DNA of 32,000 nucleotides from Acaryochloris marina S15 (GTDB lineage Bacteria; Cyanobacteriota; Cyanobacteriia; Thermosynechococcales; Thermosynechococcaceae): NCBI RefSeq assembly GCF_018336915.1, contig NZ_CP064923.1, positions 3,630,001 to 3,662,000 of the forward strand, read 5' to 3'. Shown piece by piece: positions 8,938 to 15,359 of this stretch (position 1 is its first letter; each line of letters starts with the position of its first letter). The notes under the pieces were generated by a model. It saw only the letters and a program-made list of their open reading frames with translations, ran no database searches and was not told where the DNA came from. The position numbers and the translations under genes were made by a program.

Positions 8938-10266
8938 ATGAATGAAGGTGTTCTAAATTTCCCTCTCTTACTGCACTGGCTACATCAGCTCATTGAGCAC
9001 CTCGATGATCCACGTCAACCCAGTAATGGCACCAAATTTAGTCTCAAAGATATTGTATTAGGCGCATTTGCTGTCTTCTTTATGCAATGTCCTTCGTTTC
9101 TGGAGTACCAACGCCATGTTCATAGTCGTCATGGTCGTGACAACGCCCAAGCCCTCTTTGAGTTAACAGAACTCCCCACGAGCAACCAAATCAAGAATGT
9201 TTTGGACTTGATCGCATTTCGTCTTCTGTTTCCCATTTTTTATCAAATTTATAGCGTTCTCCTACGACGAGGTTATCTAGAGCAATATAAGGTTCTAGGT
9301 GGACACCTGTTGGTAGGGCTAGACGGCAGCGAGTATTTTTCCTCAAACCGGATTTGTTGCGATCAGTGTTCTACCAAAACCCATCGGGATGGGAGTGTCA
9401 CCTATACGCACACCGCCGTGTTGCCCGTCCTCGTTTGTCCGGAAATTGAACATGTCATTTCTCTGGCCCCAGAGTTCATTCGTCCTCAAGATGGTGCGGA
9501 GAAACAGGATAGTGAAACCGCTGCGGCCAAACGGTGGATCAAGGGGCATGCTCAAGGGTTTGACGGAGCCAAGATTACGGTTCTTGGCGATGACCTCTAT
9601 AGCCGTCAACCGATGGTGGAGACTTGTTTAGAGGATGAGTTGAACTTCATTTTTGTCTGTTTGCCCTCCTCCCATCCAGAGCTATATGAATGGGTAGAGT
9701 ATTTAGAAGGTATTGGAGATGTTGAGCATCTAGAGACTCGGGGCTGGAACGGTCGCTATCATGAAATTTGTCAGTATCGCTATTACAATCGCATCCCCCT
9801 GCGTGAGGAGCTACCAGCAGTGATGGTCAACTGGTGCGAAGTCTCTGTTACTCGTGCTGCTGATGGAAAGACTATGTATCACAACGCGTTCATTACTCAC
9901 CATTTCATCAATGACCAAAGTGTGGCCGAGATTGTCAGTGCTGGACGTGCCCGATGGAAAGCGGAGAATGAAGGACACAATGTCCTCAAAACCAAGGGCT
10001 ATCACTTAGAACATAATTTTGGTCATGGTCAGAAGAACCTTGCTGCTGTGCTATTGGTACTCAACCTGTTGGCATTCTTATTTCATACCGTCTTGCACTT
10101 GGTGGACTCCACTTATCAACGCATGCGAAAGCAACGGGGAACCCGACAAGGCTTTTTTCACGATATTCAGACTTTGACCAAATACTTGCTCTTTGAGAGT
10201 TGGGAGCATTTGCTCCAGTTTATGTTGGATGATCCAGAGCCTCGAATAGCAGCCGATACCTCATGA
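8938..10266 (+). CDS. DDE transposase (IS4-like)
   Basis: 442 aa filling the IS. Candidate catalytic triad contexts are LVGLDGSEYF, TVLGDDLYS and RWKAENEGHNVLK. There is a Cys-rich CCDQC..H segment after the first Asp. I cannot assign the exact IS family without ISfinder. Confidence 0.85.
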   Translation: MNEGVLNFPLLLHWLHQLIEHLDDPRQPSNGTKFSLKDIVLGAFAVFFMQCPSFLEYQRHVHSRHGRDNAQALFELTELPTSNQIKNVLDLIAFRLLFPIFYQIYSVLLRRGYLEQYKVLGGHLLVGLDGSEYFSSNRICCDQCSTKTHRDGSVTYTHTAVLPVLVCPEIEHVISLAPEFIRPQDGAEKQDSETAAAKRWIKGHAQGFDGAKITVLGDDLYSRQPMVETCLEDELNFIFVCLPSSHPELYEWVEYLEGIGDVEHLETRGWNGRYHEICQYRYYNRIPLREELPAVMVNWCEVSVTRAADGKTMYHNAFITHHFINDQSVAEIVSAGRARWKAENEGHNVLKTKGYHLEHNFGHGQKNLAAVLLVLNLLAFLFHTVLHLVDSTYQRMRKQRGTRQGFFHDIQTLTKYLLFESWEHLLQFMLDDPEPRIAADTS

Positions 10267-10270
10267 AATA

Positions 10271-10288
10271 TTGAATTTACAATTGCTG
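10271..10288. repeat. IS right terminal inverted repeat
   Basis: TTGAATTTACAATTGCTG, the reverse complement of 8857-8874. Confidence 0.9.
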
Positions 10289-10297
10289 CAAAATTGC
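10289..10297. repeat. right target-site duplication CAAAATTGC
   Basis: Identical to 8848-8856. Confidence 0.85.
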
Positions 10298-11543
10298 CCA
10301 GGATCTGAAAGGTGCTTGTGATATTTGGTATGACCTCCAACAAACGAGACCAGGGGACGACATCTCTGAGGATGTCAAGCAAGGCATTCAGGCATCAGAT
10401 ATTGTCTTTGTGGTTTGGTCTCAGAATGCTGCCCAATCAAAATGGGTCAATAAAGAGATGAGCCAAGCCATGCTCTTACGGAAAACGATTATTGGAATTT
10501 TGGTGGATGATACGCCTTGGTATTCCTATTTGCAGAATTTGAATATTCCTGCCCAAGATTGGCGCCAAAATTACCAAAATTTATTTATGCGGCTGAATAT
10601 TGTGTTGTTGAGCCAGCAACATCAAGTATTGAAATGTAAGGGGGAGGAGTGGTCCATTCTCAATACGTTACTGACACAGATGCATGATTTGGATGGGGTG
10701 ACCCAGTATCTAAATGCCTATCGCCGGCAAAACAATGTCTCTGGAGATAAGGCCTATTGGATTCAGCGTATTCTAGACGTTTGTAATGAGTCTTATGCTC
10801 AGGGTAAGCAAGTATTAGACCAACTGCAGGGTGGGATGGCTTATGCCCAAGAGCTGGTGGATCGGATTGAGCAATCGTTGCATGACCAATATCAGCTACA
10901 AGAGATTCTGGCAGAAATTGAGGTAAATGAGCATCACTCTCCGATGATTTTGGGAGCCTTGAAGACTAAGGTGAAACATATGTTGGCTTCTTTTGACCCC
11001 TCAGAGCAACCATCGTCTTTAGCCATTAAGACGGTTCCGTCTGAGTTGTCTGTAGAAGCAGAGGAAACACCCGACGAGTCTGGAGGATCGGTCTGGTTAC
11101 AGGTGGGTAAATATGCGGCGATGGGTCTTGCTGCCTATGGTATTTGCAAGATGGTGCAAGGCGCTTCTAATACGGGTGGCAGTGGTGGCGCTTGGGAAGA
11201 TCAAGTTGCCCGATCCTTGAATAGTATGGGGCATTCATCGCCTTTCTAGGGGGGATCTAGTTTGGTTAGAATAATATTCTTTAGCTTTCTATGTTCCTAT
11301 CGTTTATCCTGCTGCTTTCCCAGCTATGAGCGAATAGTATTGACCTCAGCTCCCTTATCTCAATCAGCGAAAGGGGGCTGAACGGTTTAATTTTTTTCGA
11401 GCTGTCTTGCAATTGGGTTGGTAGGGATGGACGAACATAGGATTTGTTTGACAAATCCTTAAGGTTTGATCGTGATTGCTAAGAGTAAAAAAACTAATAC
11501 CTGTAGAATCTTGATTAACCTGTTCTATTTCCGTTCGCGCTAG

Positions 11544-13493
11544 ATGCCTCAGCCCATTAAGGTTTTTATTTCTTATTCCCATCAGGATGAAGGCTTACGC
11601 AATGAATTGGTGGGTCATCTAAGTGGATTAGTACAGTATGAAAAATTGATTGAAATTTGGCATGATCGCAAAATTCCTGCAGGGTCAAATTGGGAACAAA
11701 ACATAGACAGTCATTTGGAAGAAGCTGATATTATTCTTTTCCTGGTGAGTTCAGATTTTATCCGGTCCCCCTATTGCCAAGGCGTTGAAGTAAAACATGC
11801 TCTGAAATGCGATCAAGATAAGACAGTTCGCGCAATTCCCATTTTCGTACGTCCTAGCTTATATGAATCAACTCCCTTGCGGAGTCTTCAAGGATTACCG
11901 AGAAATGCTACCCCCGTTTCCTCGTCAGATCGGCAAACGCCAAGCTCTAGGGATGGTTTATGGCTAGAAGTTGTTCGTGAGATAGGTCAGATTGCCCGAG
12001 AGATTCAGGACCAAATCCTGTCAGCAAAAAGGGCACTCCTACGGGCAGATGGAATAGTAGCTTATGCACAAAAAGCTGAACTGTTTTATCAAGACGGCGA
12101 TATTTCTCCGGGAGAGCAAGTAAATCTCGATTTTATTGCTGAGAACTATCAACTTTCTGCTCTAGATATTGATGAGATATGGGCAAAGATTAAGGCGGAT
12201 TATAGCCAGCAACAACGTGCCCTTGAAACATATCGAGAAACGGTGCGAGCAGAAATAAAACATCGGGGTGGTTTGACTCCAGAGGCTCAATCGGTCCTAG
12301 GTGATTTAAGAGAGAACTTGGGTATTTCTGATGGTTTTGCTGGACAGATTGAACAAGAGGTTCTGGAAGAGCAGCAACGACTTGAAGAACAACGGCAGCG
12401 AGAGCTTGAACAAAGGCGTATAGAAGAGCATCAGCGACGAGAATTCGAACGAAAGCAATTAGAAGAACAACAGCTTGAACAAAAACGCCAGCACGAAGCA
12501 GAACAGCAGGCTGTACAAAAACGAAATATGGAGGAGCAAGTTCGCCAAGAACAAGCAACTAGACTAAAGGAGGAACAGGAGCAAAAACCACGGGAAGGAA
12601 CAACCAATAAGGTTCATGAGTTTGTGTTGGGCAGTGGTGATATACAGCTCCAAACGTTCTCATTTAAAGTGGTCTTGTTGGATGACAAAGGTAAGGTCAA
12701 GCAGCGCACCACTCAATCAGCTCAATTCTTTATGGAAGCATTAGCACCTAGTGTGGACCTAGAAATGGTAGCTATTCCAACTGGATCATATCTGATGGGC
12801 TCTCTGCATAGTGAAGGTTCTAGTCGCGAGCGCCCACAACATCGGGTGCAAGTCCCATCATTTTGTTTGGGTAAGTATCCAGTTACCCAAGCACAGTGGC
12901 ATTCTGTGGCTAAACTTGAGCAAGTCAAGATAAATTTAGATTCTGATCCTGCCCACTTTAAGGGAGACCAAAAACCTATTGAGCAAGTATCTTGGAATGA
13001 AGCAGTTGAATTTTGTGATCGTCTTTCTCGTAAAACAGGGAAAATATACCGTTTGCCCAGCGAAGCAGAGTGGGAATATGCTTGCCGAGCAGGAACAACT
13101 ACTGAGTTTCATTTCGGGAATCAACTCACGCGTAAATACGCAAACTGTGACGTTAAAGAGGTTGCAACTTTAATTGCAAATTTGCTTAGAATATCGACCT
13201 CGGATGTTGGCAGTTTTAACGTTGCAAATAGCTTTGGTCTATTTGATATGCATGGCAATGTTGGGGAATGGTGTCTAGATACCTTTCAAGAAAGCTATAA
13301 AAGTGCTCCAACTAATGGCTCAGCCTGGATTATTAAGAATGATAATCTTTCTCGTCGTCTGAGGCGTGGTGGCTCCTGGGCCTATAATCCGAGGGCTTGC
13401 CGCTCCGCTTCTCGCCGTAGCGATACTCCTGGCTTCCGTGACGACACTGTTGGTTTTCGAGTCGTTTGTTCAGCACCCAGGTCTCTTCAGTAG
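11544..13493 (+). CDS. TIR domain / coiled-coil / FGE-sulfatase (SUMF1-EgtB-like) domain fusion protein
   Basis: 649 aa. The N-terminus is IKVFISYSHQDEGLRNEL..ADIILFLVSSDFIRSPYCQGVEVKHAL..IPIFVRP (TIR). Residues ~270-345 are an EEQQRLEEQRQRELEQRRIEE... coiled coil. The C-terminal ~250 aa carry FGE-sulfatase motifs: GSYLMGS, RPQHRVQVPSFCLGKYPVTQAQW, VSWNEAVEFC, YRLPSEAEWEYACRAGT, FGLFDMHGNVGEWC, RGGSW and GFRVV. Confidence 0.9.
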   Translation: MPQPIKVFISYSHQDEGLRNELVGHLSGLVQYEKLIEIWHDRKIPAGSNWEQNIDSHLEEADIILFLVSSDFIRSPYCQGVEVKHALKCDQDKTVRAIPIFVRPSLYESTPLRSLQGLPRNATPVSSSDRQTPSSRDGLWLEVVREIGQIAREIQDQILSAKRALLRADGIVAYAQKAELFYQDGDISPGEQVNLDFIAENYQLSALDIDEIWAKIKADYSQQQRALETYRETVRAEIKHRGGLTPEAQSVLGDLRENLGISDGFAGQIEQEVLEEQQRLEEQRQRELEQRRIEEHQRREFERKQLEEQQLEQKRQHEAEQQAVQKRNMEEQVRQEQATRLKEEQEQKPREGTTNKVHEFVLGSGDIQLQTFSFKVVLLDDKGKVKQRTTQSAQFFMEALAPSVDLEMVAIPTGSYLMGSLHSEGSSRERPQHRVQVPSFCLGKYPVTQAQWHSVAKLEQVKINLDSDPAHFKGDQKPIEQVSWNEAVEFCDRLSRKTGKIYRLPSEAEWEYACRAGTTTEFHFGNQLTRKYANCDVKEVATLIANLLRISTSDVGSFNVANSFGLFDMHGNVGEWCLDTFQESYKSAPTNGSAWIIKNDNLSRRLRRGGSWAYNPRACRSASRRSDTPGFRDDTVGFRVVCSAPRSLQ

Positions 13494-13497
13494 CCTT

Positions 13498-13800
13498 TTA
13501 CCCTTCTTGCCCTCTTGTTCTGCGTGCACAGCGTGAGAAATTTTTTTGTGGGCCACCATAGAATCTAACCGTTCCTAGTTTTCTAGCCCTTAGTAAGGTA
13601 GGTGTTTCACCCATTAAGTTGATGAGCATGGTGAGGGGCAGGCATATAAACAACTGCGGCATGGTGGGCAATGGATCAACAATCCTGGCCATTCCTGCTC
13701 TGCTAAGCACAACGATATTGCCCCAAACAGTCACACTATCAGTTTTCGGATCTATTCTATTCGTGGAGTCGTAGGTCAGAACTGGTGGAAGGTATTTCAT
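13498..13800 (-). CDS. questionable ORF, 100 aa, no recognisable family
   Basis: This is the only ORF of 60 aa or more in the 550-bp gap between the TIR-FGE gene and rbp. It has odd composition and no visible ribosome-binding site, so it may be non-coding or a relic. Confidence 0.2.
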   Translation of the reverse strand: MKYLPPVLTYDSTNRIDPKTDSVTVWGNIVVLSRAGMARIVDPLPTMPQLFICLPLTMLINLMGETPTLLRARKLGTVRFYGGPQKNFSRCARRTRGQEG

Positions 13801-13977
13801 CGGGCATACAATGGAGAGTTAAGACCTATTCCCCCGATGGGGGTAGTCCTATCCATGAATTAAACCGAGTTAGATCGCTGGGCCAGCTTTATCACCGAAG
13901 ACTTATCCGACCCACCCCATTAGATTAGACTCACGCAAGCTACGGAGCTACTGTCTGGGAAGAGCAAAGTTTCCAGC

Positions 13978-14015
13978 AAAAAATCTCATAGCTCTAATGT
14001 GATGAGCTATGAGAT
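13978..14015 (-). terminator. intrinsic terminator of rbp
   Basis: On the minus strand: ATCTCATAGCTC-atcacatta-GAGCTATGAGAT followed by TTTTTT. The 12-bp perfect stem begins about 25 nt after the rbp stop. Confidence 0.75.
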
Positions 14016-14040
14016 CAAATTTTCTTAAACTAAATGGGCT

Positions 14041-14328
14041 TTAGTAGCGTCGGCCGCCACCAAAGTTGCCACCCCCACCTCTGTTTTCGCGGGGTTTTGC
14101 TTTATTGACTTTCAGGGTACGGCCCATCCACTCAGCACCATCTAGTTCTTCAATCGCCTTGGTTTCTTCGGCATCATCACTCATCTCGACAAAACCAAAA
14201 CCTCTCATCCGACCTGTTTCACGGTCGGTGGGAAGCTTGGCGGACTTGACAGTTCCATATTCTGCAAAAACGGTGTTTAGGTCTTGCTCTGTAACGTCAT
14301 AAGAGAGGTTACCAACATAAATCGACAT
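14041..14328 (-). CDS. rbp: RNA-binding protein, single RRM with Gly-rich C-terminal tail (cyanobacterial Rbp type)
   Basis: 95 aa. RNP2 is IYVGNLSY and RNP1 is RGFGFVEM. The tail is RENRGGGGNFGGGRRY. Confidence 0.95.
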   Translation of the reverse strand: MSIYVGNLSYDVTEQDLNTVFAEYGTVKSAKLPTDRETGRMRGFGFVEMSDDAEETKAIEELDGAEWMGRTLKVNKAKPRENRGGGGNFGGGRRY

Positions 14329-14968
14329 GAATTAAGTCCCAAAATCAGTAGAGGTGTAGAGAATTGGATTTCGGTGCGTGGTCTTAAAAATTGAACTGGA
14401 TAAAACCAAGCAATTCTGAAAACTAACGGGAAACCGATATTTATATCTCGCTGCCTATAGTAACCGATCCCCAAACTAGATGCTGAGTTAAGAAGCAATC
14501 TTTACAGTGATTTCGGTCTTCTTTAGAATTAAGCCCCTATTGTCGAGAGCTTTAGTGCTAGATCTGGTCAGTTAGCTTTTCCCCAGCTTCTACCCAACTT
14601 ATTCACAAAATCATTCTAGTTTTCCACAGTAAATGGATTGTTTTCCACAGGCTAGAACGACAGATTAAGGGTTTGGGCCATTTCTGGGGAATATGCAAAA
14701 AAAAAATTATGACCTAATTCCATAGTGTGTATAGCTTTGAGTTCAATCAATGAGTTCAAAAAAACCGATTGACAATCACACTGGTAGACCGCAAGATAGG
14801 ACTCCCAGCCTTAAGTGCTGCGCTCTATATTTCGCAAGCCATAGGGTCGAAGAAGGATCTCCGACTAAGACTTGTGTGACTAAAGAGGGCATCAGTTGTC
14901 ATGCTTAATCGTCTGGTGCATCGACCATCACTACCGACCTCACTGTTGTTCAAGAGCGACCGAAATTT

Positions 14969-15181
14969 ATGTCAACGACCGTTAGCATTCTGGCTGATAT
15001 CCCTGAAGATCTCCATGACGCATTAATGAGTTATTTGGAAACCCATCCTGACTGGGATCAAGATCGGGTTATCTCAGCGGCACTATCGTTATTCCTCATG
15101 CAGTACGGTCAATCAGACCGCAAGACAGCTCGCATCTATCTTGATAGTTTGTTCAAAAAAGAACTTCCTACAGCCTGCTAA
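14969..15181 (+). CDS. DUF2811-like small protein (cyanobacterial conserved hypothetical)
   Basis: 70 aa. The pattern SILADIPEDLHDAL..YLETHPDWDQDRV..AALSLFLMQ matches my recollection of DUF2811. Confidence 0.65.
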   Translation: MSTTVSILADIPEDLHDALMSYLETHPDWDQDRVISAALSLFLMQYGQSDRKTARIYLDSLFKKELPTAC

Positions 15182-15359
15182 TGGCTTGATATCCAAACCA
15201 TCTCCCCAGCGAGTTAGCCCTGCAGACTGAAGATTTCATCCAAAGAGAAGCATCTTCATCGAGCAGAGAAGCTAATTTCGGATCGAGAACGTTTAGCACA
15301 ACATATGTGAACTTAAGGGCAGCTCATAGCTTTTAGTGGTCCCTGAGATGAGCTAACTT

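Larger units (their letters stand above)
8857..10288 (+). mobile_element. insertion sequence, 1432 bp, single DDE transposase ORF, IS4-superfamily-like
   Basis: The 18-bp perfect terminal inverted repeat CAGCAATTGTAAATTCAA (8857-8874) is the reverse complement of 10271-10288, and 22 of 24 positions match when extended inwards. It is flanked by a 9-10-bp direct duplication and interrupts an otherwise continuous TIR ORF. Confidence 0.9.
8798..11249 (+). pseudogene. TIR-domain protein gene interrupted by an IS (pieces 8798..8857 and 10299..11249; restored ORF is 336 codons)
   Basis: The 5' piece reads MTRIFISHNWGDKTIADKIA and then runs into the IS, reaching a stop at 8888. The 3' piece, in frame after removing the IS and one target duplication, reads QDLKGACDIWYDLQQTRPGDDISEDVKQGIQASDIVFVVWSQNAAQSKWVNKEMSQA... 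This matches the bacterial TIR pattern (FISH.., SD-hydrophobic-S.., W-x-x-x-E). A GAGGA ribosome-binding site precedes ATG 8798. Confidence 0.85.

Noticed and set aside
9343-10382. ORFs 9343..9609 (-), 9389..9631 (+), 9811..10005 (-) and 10167..10382 (-) in or around the IS
   Set aside because: They overlap the transposase frame or straddle the IS end and target duplication. There is no independent support.
11364-11582. 72-aa minus-strand ORF overlapping the start of the TIR-FGE gene
   Set aside because: It overlaps the well-supported TIR start and the intergenic promoter region. It has no ribosome-binding site or motif.
12190-12558. 122-aa minus-strand ORF antisense to the coiled-coil region
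   Set aside because: It is the mirror image of the GAA/CAG-rich repeat coding for the EQR coiled coil. Such stretches lack stops on the opposite strand by composition.
8798-13493. Calling the TIR pair a Thoeris (ThsA/ThsB) system
   Set aside because: Thoeris requires a ThsA-type effector (SIR2 or TM plus SLOG/Macro). No such domain is present in either protein or in neighbouring ORFs, and the architectures differ from ThsB singletons.
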